DNA from: Octopus sinensis
Taxonomy: Eukaryota
Direction of reading: 5' to 3'
Length of the DNA: 64,000 nucleotides
NCBI RefSeq assembly: GCF_006345805.1
Contig: NC_043011.1
Coordinates: 11,594,001 to 11,658,000, forward strand
This document shows positions 35,491-49,480 of this stretch, piece by piece. Positions within the stretch are counted from its first letter, which is position 1. Each line of letters starts with the position of its first letter. The notes under the pieces are model-generated. The model worked only from the letters and a program-made list of their open reading frames with translations, was not told the origin of the DNA and did not search any database. The translations under genes and the position numbers were made by a program.

Positions 35491-38244
35491 TAATTATAAC
35501 TGCAAAGGGAATGTCAACTAAATACTAATGTATGTAGTCCTACCTATTGATTACATTTCAATTGTTTGCTTAGCATATTAAATAAAAGATTTTGAAAATT
35601 AAAGGTGTCTATTTACTTCCTGCATGTCTGTATATGCATATGTGGGCAAAGGACGTCACGAAACGTACAACAAAAATACGAAGTACAAGTACATTGAATA
35701 TGAACTATTTTTTCAAACAACAAAAGCCACAAATGGAAAACAAGACAAACAACATAAAGAATGACCCTTCATCAGTTGTTGGCTGTTTTTCTACTCTCGT
35801 ATTTCGGGCATTTAACAACAATATATGCTTTTGATAAAACAGTTGCTCCTGCAAAGCAAATTAAATAAAATTTGGGATTTTGCAGAGGTTCAAAATTGGT
35901 AACACAAACAAGACAGTGAAAACAAACAAGATGAGGTTGTGGTGGCGAATGTGAAAATCAAGCTTGGGCAGGAGACAGACAAGAACACATCTTCCTTGTT
36001 CCTGCTACAATGGAGATAAAGAAAGAAACACAAGTTAGGAAAAGAAAGAAAGATGGCCGATGGCCATGTGGGAGCTGCATGAGCAAGTGAGGAGGAGTAA
36101 GGGAGAGAGAGTGACACAGTAATAGGATAGAATAGTGGGAGAAGAGGAGGTAAAAGAATAAGAGAGAGAAAGAAAGAAAAATGAAAGATTAAAAAGATTG
36201 TATAGCATGCGCATCAGAATTATTAAGAGAAAACTTACTGGAAGAGGATGCGTGGCGTTCAATCATATACCAATATAAATAATATATATATATATATATA
36301 TACATACGTATACGTACATACTTACATCTATACGTATATATACATGCATATGTGGGCACAGGACGTCACCAGTAGACTTTTGCTTCAGAGATGTTCAGTG
36401 AAAGGAGTATTGTTGTCTAGACATCAGCCGAAAGCCATTGACTGTGTCTGGCACACATATCTCTTATCAAAACTCCCTGCCTAAAGGCTCCATCTATCTC
36501 ATCTGTAGTTTCCTATCTGAATGTGCCACTGTGACATATGTTGATGGAACTCTTTCTGCCTCACTCGCTTTTATACATCAATGACCTACTTGCCACCACA
36601 TTCAACAATCTTCACTCTTATGCAGATGACATAATCATTTCATTCTACTGTAACTTTTCTAAAAATGCATCATCATCATAATATGCACCAAATCTGCACT
36701 GCTTCTATAAACAGAGACATTAAGAACATCTTTCAGTGGGGCCTTACCAATGGTGTCCTTTTTATCAGAAAAAAAAAACAAGCAAAAAACAGGGACTACA
36801 CATATCACATATCCTCTAAACAAGTGGCACTCAGCTAAAGAACTATCACTATCACAAAGAATCTTTTCTGGTGAAAGCCCATCCTTAGCATAGTTAGAAC
36901 CACATCCAAAGACTAGCCCTTTTTTTTTCAGGGTCAGAAGATAAATCTGATCCAATAGTTACTGGTACTCTATAATATTCAAGTTAGGCTCACAGTGGAG
37001 TACTACTACAACAACTAGAGTGGTGTTGTTGTTACACAAATATGGATCATTTTACAAATATTGTGGATCACATCCAAGTAATTAATGGACATACTCCATC
37101 CTCTGACTCACAGGCATGCTGCCTCCTTTATCTGAGTTCTTTGTATTGGCTTCTGTTCTGTGGAGTTGCTGGTCTCAAAGCCCCACCACTCAAGCTCCCC
37201 TGATCCACTTGTCTTTCCAACTCACATCATTCTTGGTCTGCTTGACTCTCTTGGCCCCACACTAATCATTATGTTCAGACTTTTCTCTCAAGAATATAAA
37301 CCTTCTAGATTCTTCTTCCTAGTCATGTCTTCCCTACACATGGAATGATAGAGGCACTCAGGGTGCTGCTATCATTCCATTTAAACTGGCAAGGGTTAAA
37401 ATGAAATGGTAGTGAAGCCAAACTCTTGGAGCGTTTGTAATGGTCATGGGCACTGCCCCTTCCTCCAAACTCAACAAATAGAAAACAAATGAAAAATCAA
37501 ATCAAATTATCACCTTTGTTAGGTATTTACCATTAAATGGGTAGGTTAGGCTGCTAGGCTGGAATAACATTTATAGGATTTTGGTTGTTTTAGTTATTAC
37601 AGGAGGTTTCAGAGCCTATATATCAAACAACTGCAGCTGGATTTTATAATGTTTCTGTTAAAAACAGGAAATAAGGAAATATGTGTTTAACACTCACAGG
37701 AGGTTCTTTGTTATATCTATAGATACATTCATGCTACATATAAGACAGGAGTAGATTATTTTTTTCTGTAGCTTGTTTGATGTATTTGTTATGGGAGGGA
37801 ATGACTTTGTTGAAGTTTCTCCTATTAACACCTTTCTCCCATCCTGATTATCCCTCTTACCTTAGTCTTCTTCTCCTGCCAGAACATTATGTGTAACAAT
37901 ATATTTCTTTCTCTTCCTTATCAAGCTAATATGTGTTTGTATTACAAACATTTGTATTCTGTACCTGTTTAACTCATTCTCCACTCCCTAGCTCCATCCT
38001 ATCTTCCTGGTCACTGACCTTTCTTAACACTTCCTTCTCTCATATTCAACCTTTGTAACATATATATTCTCTCCAACAACAGTTCTGGCAGTCTTTTTAG
38101 TTTGTCACTATCCACACAAACACACTTCACTTTTATCATTCTATCCACTTATCTACATCTGCTCTACAAGTTCATTTCTCATCACTAAAATTTATTTTAT
38201 TTCTTAATATACTATTTATATTTCCTTCATACTGAAGTGTCTGA

Positions 38245-38790
38245 GACAGCTGTTGAAAATCACCTGGCAAGACAAGGTTCCAGACACAGAGGTTGTCGCT
38301 TGAGCTGATCTGCCAAGCATTTACACACTGCTGTGGAGAGTGCAAGTGAAGTGGCAGGCCACCTTGTTTGATTGCTTGACAAATTGACTCCCCAAGAGAC
38401 TGTTTTACAGCAAACTGGTGGAAAGCAAGTGCACACAAGCTGGACAGAAAAAAGCACTTCAAAGATACACTGGCAGCTTCACTGAAGAGCTTTGGCGTCG
38501 ACTCTGACACCTGGAAAGCAAAAACACAATACCACCCTGTATGGTGAAGCTGCACCAACAGAAGTGCCACCTCCTACAATCAGAGCAGGATTACTGGGGC
38601 TCAAAGAAAACATGGACTATATAAGTCCTGAGCCAATTCCTTGCTTTCAATTCCAATAGACTATCTGTCTGGCCTGCAGCAGAGCCTTCCAAGCATGCAT
38701 TGGATTGGTTGGCCACAGATGGACTCATTCTGCCCCATCTTCTCCCATGTGATGTCCTTGATCATCATTGACAATGACAGACAAGCTAAT
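38245..38790 (+). mobile_element. RTE-BovB-like 3' fragment
   Basis: WQDKVPDTEV, GQKKHFKDTLAASLKSFGVDSDTW, C-terminal CSRAFQACIGLVGH. Confidence 0.7.
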
Positions 38791-39239
38791 AATACTCCTC
38801 TTTTGTCATTCTTGTGCTGTTGTGTGTTTCAGGATTGGCTTGGTTATGTAGCATCATTGCCTATTTTACTGGCTTCAGGCACTAGACTACGACCATGCTG
38901 GGGTACTACTGTCTTCAGTGGTTATTGTCAACTGATTCCAGTACTTTGTTTGATACCTCTTTTAGCAGTCTTTTCTGATTAGTCAAACAGAGATTAATTT
39001 TGCACAGTGGATTATCACTCGTATTTGCTTTATACTGTCTCATTCCGCAAATGCCTCTTTTCAAATATTTCTGTAGATTAGTGCTCCCATGTAGAATTTT
39101 TTATGGAACTTATTAAAGAAGACAAGGACCAACCCTGGAACAACCAACATATAGTTGACCATCAGAAAATCAAGGATCAATTAACAGCAAGCCAGTAGAT
39201 TTCAAAGACTGACCTTGAGCTTTATTAATAGACATTGCA

Positions 39240-40080
39240 AAGCAAAGTCACACTGGGAATTGTGTTTGAACTCAAATGGCATGTCTGTTGGTTTGATTGG
39301 AATTCTCGGAGTGAAAATCAGTTCCCCAGAGTCACATCCAGTGATGATGGTAGCTTCTATTGTGGAGGATTTCCAGGTGGCTCAAGAAAATTAAGGAACT
39401 CTGTTGTGTAATGGACAAGCTTAACTTTCATCAAGGACTGAATCAACTGATTTGTACTCCTTAATGACTGTTGGAATCTTATTCATTAATTCATGGTTAA
39501 TCTTTGCTACTGTCGCATTTTTTGGAGCAAGAATTGCTCTTTCACACAACCATTTAAATGAATTATAATTATTACTTAAGTCTAGAAATACCCTGTTCTT
39601 CAATTCAGCTGAGCAATTCACCATGATAGCAGCATGAGCCAAATTGATATCACCATTCCCATCAAATGGTACTTACCCATTTCCTAATTGGAGGAGCTAG
39701 GTTGAAAATTGTTCGGTACATTGGTCCCCATGTAATAAAGCTCGCATGTTAGTATTGAAGGAGAATTTCTGTGCTTTATTCCATAGGTGTGAAGACTTAA
39801 CACATGCTTATATTTCATCAGATCTTGTTTGTCTCAGAATGACTGGTAATGTCTGTGTGAAGTCTCTTGATAAAACTAATGTAACTCCTCTCATAGATTT
39901 ATTATTGCCTCTTATGTCCTATAAGGTCTTATCAAGAGCTTCCATTGTCCTATAAGGTCTTATCAAGAGCTTCCATTGTTCTGTAAGGTCTTATCAAGAG
40001 CTTCCAAAGGTGACATTGGTGCAATACTTCTGCTGAACTTGAACCTTTGTTTATGTTACAAATTGGACGGTCATTTGTGA
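39240..40080 (-). mobile_element. Helitron Pif1 helicase fragment
   Basis: WLCERAILAPKNATVAKIN...EYKSVDSV...YTTEFLNFLEPPG; a ~31-bp tandem triplication lies at ~39917-40005. Confidence 0.85.
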
Positions 40081-40088
40081 CCAGGTTA

Positions 40089-40568
40089 TAACCCTAAATC
40101 TAAAATAGATTGAAATGCAATAGATCAATACTAGGGTCATAATTATGGGTGACAATTTCATATGACACCGCTAGAAAAAAACGGCAGTTTTTCCTAGCAG
40201 TGTCATATGAAATTGTCACCCATAATTATGACCCTAGAATCGATCTATTGCATTTCAATCTCTTTTAGGGTTAGGGGTGGGGGTGGGTATCGTTTTTTTT
40301 CTTCACAAATGTAAATAAACCTGTTTCTTAAACGAGGGACATATTCATACGGCACAGAATGTTTTTTAACTCAATAGACGTCATTGATTGGTTGAAATTG
40401 CCGAAATGCAAGAAATTAAAGACCAAATATCTTACAAACCATAGAATTTTCTCAATAAAGCCAAGAGAAAAAGATGTTTTATAAACACATTCTACCAGTA
40501 TACGAAGTTTAAAATTTTTTAATTACCTAGAAATTATGTTAAAAACTGCCATTCAAACCGAAAAGATC
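40089..40568. mobile_element. TTAGGG MITE copy with fold-back inversion replacing its left end
   Basis: 40108-40174 is the reverse complement of 40194-40260; right TIR at ~40543-40568. Confidence 0.85.
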
Positions 40569-41124
40569 TGAAGATCCTATTAAATATCTGAGGTCAAATT
40601 ATTCATGCATTCCAAGTATGGAAGCAATTTGCACAGATGTTTTTGCATGAAAAGCATATACACATATACACAGGTCTATTTCATATAAGAGCAGAGATAA
40701 TGCTCCCTAGGGTGTACTACCACCTTGGTTAAGAACCACTGATATAAACAAACACGAGTGATTCCCTTTGTTGTTATATCTCCCAGTATATTTGGTGGGA
40801 ACTAGTATTAGATATCCTGATAAAATAAAATGTATTGTTTCAGAAAATGTTACTTTTTCTTTTGCGTTTTCAATAAGTTTGGATTTTTTTCATTCTGTTC
40901 ACTAAACTACTGTGTAGCCCTAGGAAGCAGATTTATTTTTTCAAACACATTGCATCTAGGTCCTCAAATTAAAAAAAACTGTGTGAAAGCTAAGAAAATA
41001 AGAAATGTATTGGACATTGATTGTCTCTATGCTGGTACTGTTGTTAGTTTTTGTAGGTCTTTAAAATTTGGTTGATATTTTTCTAGTTTTCAGATTCTTG
41101 AGGTTTGGTAGTGTTGGTATGAAA

Positions 41125-41337
41125 TGAGCTGCCAGAAACGTTAGCACGCCAGGCGAAATGCTTAGCGGTATTTCGTCTGCCGCTACGTTCTGAGTTCAAA
41201 TTCCGCCGAGGTCGACTTTGCCTTTTATCCTTTCGGGGTCGATTAAATAAGTACCAGTTACACACTGGGGTCGATATAATCGACTTAATCCATTTGTCTG
41301 TCCTTGTTTGTCCTACCTTATGGGTAGTAAAAAAATA
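41125..41337 (+). mobile_element. Young Meta-domain SINE (family B) with 9-bp TSD
   Basis: TSD ggtatgaaa at 41116-41124 and 41338-41346; intact CpGs, B box gagttcaaattcc. Confidence 0.85.
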
Positions 41338-42280
41338 GGTATGAAAAGGCTTTGTAGTTGTTGCTTGGTCTCAGAACATTCCTGTTTAAACATACATAGG
41401 ATTATAGGCATTCGTAATTATTTATGATAGTGTATCTGTTTCTGAACTTTTTAAGATATGTAAGACAATAAAATGGATTTTGTAGGAGATTTCAGTGCTG
41501 TTTCTGATCATGGAAAGGCTGTCTTATTGGCATATTAGTTTGAATTCTTGAAAATGTTGGTGTGTACAGAAATAATTTTTTATTATTGCTTAGAAGAGAA
41601 AGCACTTAATAGTAGGAAACAGCACTTAATAGTAGGAAACAGCACCTCAGTGTAGTATAGAGTTATCCTTATAATGGAGATCTTTTTTAAACATTAGCAA
41701 CAGTGTGACTTTTGCTATTGATATGCAAGAGCCTAGTAGAGATGTTTAACCTGTAACAAATTGGTGACAGATTGTTCTATCATCTAAGAACATGCATAGT
41801 TTTACATGCTTTCACAAAGTTTCTGTCTGTCTACCTAATTTCAATCACAAAGTTTGGAGCAACCGGAAGCTATAAAGAAGATAGTTGCTCAAAATCATAA
41901 TGAGATTAAATGCTCAACTACAAGACTATGAAAAGGATTTCTGGATTATGCTGACAATGCCCGAGGTGTTTTAGATGTATGTTTATAATTTTGATGAACT
42001 TTTGGAATTTTTTTTTTTTTTCATTTTTGTATTGCTCTTCTGATGTCTAATGAAAAGAAGGGATCTTGGTTGCAGTTGTAGATATCCGTTTTGCATTTTG
42101 AGTTCTTGTCATAGTTTTGGCAATCTTACAGTTCTAATATATTTTGCGTCAAATGACCACGTGTATTTGTTTATATATGAACGTCGATTTCTGTAAAAAA
42201 CTTTTATTTTTTTACATTTATTTTTTTTACATATGGGGTTGGGGGGAAATGGGATCTTTGGGGTTAGAGTTAGGGTTCGC

Positions 42281-43160
42281 TTACGTGCCACCGGCATTGG
42301 TATCACAGCTACAATTTCCATTGACGTTGATTGATTTTGATTTTGATTCTCACTTGCCTCAACAGGTCTTCACAAGTAGAGTTTTGTGTCCCAAGAAGGA
42401 AAGGTATGCATAAGTGGACTGGGTACATCCCAGGTAGAGGCCATGGGTTATGGTCTCACTTGTCCTGCCATGTCTTCTCACGCACAGCATACTTCCATAG
42501 GTCTCGGTCTCTAGTCATTTCCTCGGTGAGACCTAAAGTTCGAAGGTCATGCTTCACCACCTCGTCCCAGGTTTCCTGGGTCTACCTCTTCCACAGGTTC
42601 CCACATCTGCTAGGGTGTGGCACTTTTTCACACAACTATCTTCATCCATTCTTGTCACATGACCATACCAGCGCAAACGTCTCTCTTGCACACCACAACT
42701 GATGCTTCTTAGGTCCAGCTTTTCTCTCAAGGTACTTACACTCTGTCGAGTATGAACACTGACATTACACATCCATCGGAGCATGCTGGCTTCATTTCTC
42801 GCGAGCTTACGCATATCCTCAGCAGTCACAGCCCACGTTTCACTACCATGTAGCTGTCTTACCAGGAATATAGCATCAGTAGTACTTTTCCCTAGCACGA
42901 ACCCAAACTGCATCTCATCTAAACTAACTCTCTCTCTAATTAGTTGGGCTATGACCCTCTCCATAACCTTCATTACTTGATCCAACAGCTTGATAACCCT
43001 GTAGTTATTTGTATCTAGGGTGTCACCTTTACCTTTGTAGCAGTTGACTATTATGCTGCTACACCAGTCATTGGGTACGACTCCTTCGTGTATCACCTGG
43101 TTAACTATACAGGTGACTAGGCTATAGCCGACACTACCAGATATTTTGAGCATCTCTGCA
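42281..43160 (-). mobile_element. RTE family A LINE: internally deleted ORF2 joined to its 3' UTR
   Basis: ORF 42554-43153 YKGKGD..NYRVIKLL..MQFGFVLGKSTTDAIF / GSETWAVT..RLRWYGHV..GRGRPRK continues directly into the family A UTR. Confidence 0.9.
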
Positions 43161-43937
43161 GTAAGACGTAAAATATACTAGAACCGTAAGATTGCCATAG
43201 TTTTGTGGTTTTAACTTCATTTTGTAAAAATGTATTTTAGAATTGAATTTGCTTGCTGTTGGAGAATGGGTATATTATCTGAAGCTAGTGTTACATGTAG
43301 TGTAGTGTAGTGATTGTGGCAGTTGTTGAAATTAGAAATTACTTTTTTTTTTGTTTTGCTACTTGTTTGGGGGCTTTGTATTGGATTTAAAAGCTACACA
43401 CACATGCACGTGGTACACTTGTCAATAAATCCAGCTCCTTTCCATTTCAGTATAAATTTATCTATGAACATTTTAGGTACTTGATATCTTGGTTTGCTCT
43501 TGTACTTCATAAAAAAATAGAGGAATTCAAGTAATATCAAACAAAAGTTTTGATTGAAGAAAAATATTTTAATCGTAATTTTATCTACCAACTATTTTCA
43601 AGCACTTAAGAATTTTGGTAAGATTCTTGAATGAGATAGTCAATTCATTCAAGTGTTGGGTTTTTCTTTCTTATTCCTCAATCTCTGAAATATTTGATAA
43701 AATATACTATAGCAGCTACTCATGATATCCTTTCGCATCCTTTCAGTATTTCAGGAAAATGTGTTCCATTTCTATCTATAAAGAAATATAATTCAACAGC
43801 AACATGTCGTCAGTAGTTGTTAAAATAATATCAATTATGTGAAATGTCTACAGTTGCTTAATTCTGTCTGAAACTCTTGTATTAGTCTGCATCTTTTTTG
43901 CGTTTCTGTCTGTTACTCCAATACCCGACTACTGTTT

Positions 43938-44096
43938 TCATCATCATCGTTTAACGTCCACTTTCCATGCTAGCAAGGGTTGGACGGTTTGACCGGGGTC
44001 TGGGAAGCCAGGAGGCTGCACCAGGCTCCAGTCTGATCTGGCAGTGTTTCTACAGCTGGATGCCCTTCCTAACGCCCAACCACTCCGTGAGTGTAG
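43938..44096 (-). mobile_element. RTE family A 3' end
   Basis: (CAT)n plus consensus. Confidence 0.85.
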
Positions 44097-44304
44097 TTTT
44101 TTTTTTTTTTTTATATTCACCCACATCTTTTACTTGTGCATACTTCACTTTTTACTCTTTTACTTGTTTCAGTCATTTGACTGGCCATGCTGGAGCACCA
44201 CCTGTCTTGATAGAAATTTTCGTTTGGAAATGTTTATGCATAAATGTTTTGTTTATACTGTTTTACCTTAATTCTTTATTTTATTTATTCTATTACTATA
44301 TTAC

Positions 44305-44872
44305 GGAGATGTTCTTGCATAGCGAGTGACCTGATCTGAGATCGTGTGCTAGAACGAAAACAATTGCAGCTTGGAAGGTGTTTATAAGCCATTTAAGAAA
44401 CACACAAAAGCCATTCGATTCACTTCAACATTTAAATTTAACTAGCAGTATCGCCCGGCGATGCTCGGGTTTGTAAGGGAAATAACTATATAAGCATTTT
44501 TAGAGAGTTACTTCCTTTATATAAACCGAGCAAAAAATGCATTAAAAATGCGAAAAAATGATGGTAAATTTTTTTATCATTGTAGACTCATTGTAGACGC
44601 GCGCTAATACCCAGAAGGGCTCGATGTGAATCATGATTATAAGATACCAGCTTTTGGTTAAACTGCACCGCAAAATGTGGGAGTAGTTAGGAATCTAAAT
44701 CGGAGGAGACTGACTCTCACACACACAACTTCAGTTTTATATATAAAGATTTGTCAAAATATTTTTGTCGCTTTGAGACCATGATCTGTTCATTGACAAA
44801 GCTTCGTGCTGCATCTCTTGTGTTTCTTGTGTGTTTCTTAATTGGCTTATAAACACCTTCCATGCTGCAATT
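44305..44872. mobile_element. PLE-like pLTR fragment with short inverted repeat, interrupted by a Helitron
   Basis: 44362-44407 is inverted relative to 44827-44872; degenerate hammerhead-like motif at 44750-44800 (-). Confidence 0.5.
44442..44749 (-). mobile_element. Short non-autonomous Helitron
   Basis: Minus strand a|TCtttatatataaaactgaa...hairpin acccgagcatcgccggg...CTAG|t; no TSD; 5' end resembles the 14551 Helitron. Confidence 0.85.
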
Positions 44873-45016
44873 ATTACTATATTGTTTGGTTTTAATTTGT
44901 ATTACTTTGAAAAACTTTTTGGAAGTTAGGGATAGTCGACAGATCTTTTATGATAGTTCTTACTTGTCCTGCCACCCTCCTTTCCTATTTTACTTCTGTT
45001 CTCTCTCTCTCTCTCT

Positions 45017-45463
45017 TTCTCTTTTACTTGTTTCACTCATTTGACTGCGGCCATGCTGGAGCACCGCCTTTAATCAAGCAACTCGACCCCGGGTCTTATT
45101 CTTTTGTAAGCCCAGTACTTATTCTGTCGGTCTCTTTTGCCGAACCGCTAAGTAACGGGGACATAAACACACCAGCATCGGTTGTCAGGCGATGCTAGGG
45201 GGACAAACAGAGACACACAAACACACACACACACAGCACCATCCGTCCGTGGCCGTTTGCCAGCTCCGTCTGGCACCTGTGCGGGTGGCACGTAAAAAGC
45301 ACCCACTACACTCACGGAGTGGTTGGTGTTAGGAAGGGCATCCAGCCGTAGAAACACTGCCAGATCAGACTGGGCCTGATGCAGCCTTCTGGCTTCATAG
45401 ACCCCAGTTGAACTGTCCAACCCATGCTAGCGTGGAAAGCGGACGCTAAATGATGATGATGAT

Positions 45464-45464
<1 letters not shown>
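45017..45464. mobile_element. SINE C (-) abutting RTE family A 3' end (+)
   Basis: Family C consensus 45017-45230; family A 45235-45464 with (GAT)n. Confidence 0.8.
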
Positions 45465-45509
<45 letters not shown>

Positions 45510-45605
45510 CATATACATATATATATATACATATATATATATATACATATATATATATACATATACAATATATATATATAATACATATATATATTACATA
45601 CATAT

Positions 45606-45664
<59 letters not shown>

Positions 45665-45666
45665 AT

Positions 45667-45880
45667 GGCCTAGTGGTTAGGGCAGCGGACTCGCGGTCGC
45701 AAGATCGCGGTTTCGATTCTCAGACTGGGCGTTGTGTGTGTTTATTGAGCGAAAACACCTAAAAGCTCTACGAGGCTCCGGCAGGGGGTGGTGATCCCTG
45801 CTGTACTCTTTCACCACAATGGCGGTGCCCCAGCATGGCCACAGCTCAAGAGCTGAAACTGGAAAAACAAAAAAACAAAC
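45667..45880 (+). mobile_element. tRNA-derived SINE (family E) with LINE-derived 3' tail
   Basis: ggcctagtggttag (A box), ggtttcgattctc (B-box-like), tail ggcggtgccccagcatggccacagctcaagagctgaaac. Confidence 0.75.
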
Positions 45881-45884
45881 AAAA

Positions 45885-45966
45885 ATATACATATATCTAT
45901 ACATATATATATATACTATATATATACATATATATATATACATATATATATACTATATATATATAT

Positions 45967-46033
<67 letters not shown>

Positions 46034-46034
46034 C

Positions 46035-46077
<43 letters not shown>

Positions 46078-46160
46078 TATACATATATATATACACATAT
46101 ATATATACATATATATATATACATATATATATACATATATATATATACATATATATATAC

Positions 46161-46204
<44 letters not shown>

Positions 46205-46257
46205 TATATATATACATATTAATATATAATATATACATATATTATATATATATATAC

Positions 46258-46294
<37 letters not shown>

Positions 46295-46382
46295 CCTATA
46301 TATATCTATATATATATATATATACATATATAATATATAATATATATATATAATACATATATATATTATATATATATATTAC

Positions 46383-46413
<31 letters not shown>

Positions 46414-46425
46414 CATATATATATC

Positions 46426-46460
<35 letters not shown>

Positions 46461-46703
46461 CATATATATACATATATATATATATATTACATATATATAT
46501 ACATATATATATACATATATATATACATATACATATATATAATACATATATATATTATACATATATATATACATATACATATATATATACATATATATAT
46601 ACATTATATATATATATACCTATATATATACATATATATATATATATACATATATATATACATATATATATATTATATATACATATATATACATATATAT
46701 ATA

Positions 46704-46739
<36 letters not shown>

Positions 46740-46784
46740 TATATACATATATATATATATATACATATATATATACATATATAT
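45885..46784. repeat. ~900-bp (TA)n/(TACATA)n microsatellite
   Basis: Direct inspection; source of the YI-rich spurious ORFs. Confidence 0.95.
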
Positions 46785-46870
46785 GTAGGTCCCGGGTTGA
46801 TTCGGGGTTAACCACAGTAAATAAGGTACTCAATACATAGCAGAGTAAAATTAATTTATTATATAGAAGG

Positions 46871-46921
46871 AGCTTCTACAGGACTAGAACTGTTTCATTC
46901 AAGAGAAATCTTCAGGAAGCT
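46871..46921 (-). ncRNA. Type-I hammerhead ribozyme (antisense copy)
   Basis: Exact reverse complement of 49481-49531. Confidence 0.8.
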
Positions 46922-47404
46922 AGTTAACAAGAATTGTATTGGCATTTATACATTTAGGCAGGTTTAAAGGGGTGTTGGTGGGGGACTTTTTTGGGGGTAG
47001 GCATAGCGCAAAAAATCATACTTGGGGGAGTGGTCAAGGGGTCAGTGTTAAATTAGATAGGAGAATAAATAAAAAATAACAAATAAAAAATAAGGGCCCT
47101 CTCCTTAACAAAATCTCAGAACACTCCCCAAATTGTATGCATAAGAAGTATGCGAACTACAAGAACTATAGACCTACCCGGCAACCAGATTGATGACACC
47201 CCACCCACAAAACCCCCCCAATCCCACCGTTCCCCTAGCACCCCCGATTACCTTTTCTCCTAAGACCTTTCACATATTGTATGTGCACGCTTGTAGATGT
47301 GTATCGTATATATGTATAGAAATGTATGGGTATAGTAGGATTATACGCATGTATTATGTGTGTGTGTGCGTGTATGTATGTAAAAAAATATATATATGTG
47401 TATA

Positions 47405-47463
<59 letters not shown>

Positions 47464-47682
47464 GCGTGTGTGTGTGTGTGTGTGTATATATGTATAGATG
47501 CATGTATGTATATATGTATATTTGTGTGTATGCATATGTATGTGTATATGTATGTGTGTATGTATATATATGTGTGTAAGTGTGTGTATATATGTAAATG
47601 TAAGTGTGTGTGCTTGTATGAGAATGTATGTATGTTTGCACACATGTATATATATGTGTGTGTATGTGTGTGTGTATGTATA

Positions 47683-47715
<33 letters not shown>

Positions 47716-47982
47716 GTGTATACATATATATATATATATATATATGTGTATATATATGTGTATGTATATATATGTGTATGTGAGTGTGTGTGTATACATG
47801 TGTGTATGTGTATGTATGTATGTATATATATGCGTGTGCATGGGTATATGTATATGTACATATGCGCGTACGCTCGTGTGTTTATGTATGTGTAGGTACG
47901 TAGAGTTATCTATGTGTGTATTTATATGTACATGTGTAAGTATGTATATATATGTATGTATGTGTATGTATATGTATGTGTA

Positions 47983-48031
<49 letters not shown>

Positions 48032-48488
48032 GTGTATGTGTATATGTAGGTGTATGTGTGTATGTATATATTTATTTATATATATATGTGTGTATATATG
48101 TATGTATATATATGTATATATATATATATATATCTATGTGTGTAAGTTTATTATATGTATGTATCCGTCTATATAATAGGTAACTGCACGTACATATACT
48201 TAATATTTATTTTTTGAGTATGCATGTATGAATAACTGCGCGTATATATATTTACTATTTACTTATTTTTTGAGTATGCATGTTAGTATGAATATGTATA
48301 TGTATATATATGTATATATATATATATATATATTATATGTATATATATAATATATACATATATATGTGTATGTGTATATGTAGGTGTATGTGTGTATGTG
48401 TATATATATATATGTGTGTGTATATATATATATATTTTTCTGTGTGTATATGTATGTGTATGTATGTGTATGTATGTGTATGTATGTG

Positions 48489-48519
<31 letters not shown>

Positions 48520-48564
48520 GTGTGTGTATGTGTATGTATGTGTATGTATGTGTATGTATGTGTA

Positions 48565-48595
<31 letters not shown>

Positions 48596-48829
48596 TTTTC
48601 TGTGTGTATATGTATGTGTATGTGTGGGTGTATATATATGTGTGTGTATATATATATATAACATATACATATATATACATATAATATACATATATATAAT
48701 ATATATATATATATGTGTGTATGTGTATGTATATGTATGTGTATGTATATATATGTGTATGTGTAGATATGTATATGTATGTGTGTATGTATACATATAT
48801 ATATATATATTATATATACATATATATAT

Positions 48830-48860
<31 letters not shown>

Positions 48861-49480
48861 ATGTATGTATATATATGTGTATGTATGTGTATGTGTGGGT
48901 GTATATATATGTGTGTATGTGTATATATGTGTATATAGGGACTAGTGTGCTGTGTGTGCATGTGTGTGTATGGATTGTGTGTGTATGCGTGTATGTGAGT
49001 ATGTGTGTGTATGTGTATATATATATTTTTCTGTGTGTATATGTATGTGTGGTCGTGTGTGTATATATACATGTGTGTATACGTGTATGCAAGTGAGTGT
49101 GTGTATGTATACATATATATGTGTATGTGTAGATATGTATATGTATGTGTGAGTGTATATATGTGTGTATGTGTAGAGGTATAAGTGAGAATCTCCTTAT
49201 TTACCTAAAACTCTATTCCCCCCTTTATATATATATATATATATATTTTTTATTTTTTTTATTTTTATTTTTATTTTTTTATATTTTTTATTTTTTATTT
49301 TTTATTTTTTATTTTTTATTTTTTATTTTTTATTTATTCTCCTATCTAATTTAACACTGACCCCTTGACCACTCCCCCAAGTATGATTTTTTGCGCTATG
49401 CCTACCCCCAAAAAAGTCCCCCACCAACACCCCTTTAAACCTGCCTAAATGTATAAATGCCAATACAATTCTTGTTAACT

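Noticed and set aside
35640-35860. Additional hammerhead (minus-strand ctgatga near 35770)
   Set aside because: No convincing stem II-GAAA-stem III could be placed downstream of the core; probably a decayed repeat.
45819-49152. Long Y/I/H/T/C/V-rich ORFs (up to 283 aa)
   Set aside because: Translations of (TA)n/(TG)n/(TACA)n microsatellites; the same applies to 24752-25880 and the poly-N/poly-L ORFs at 20418-20944.
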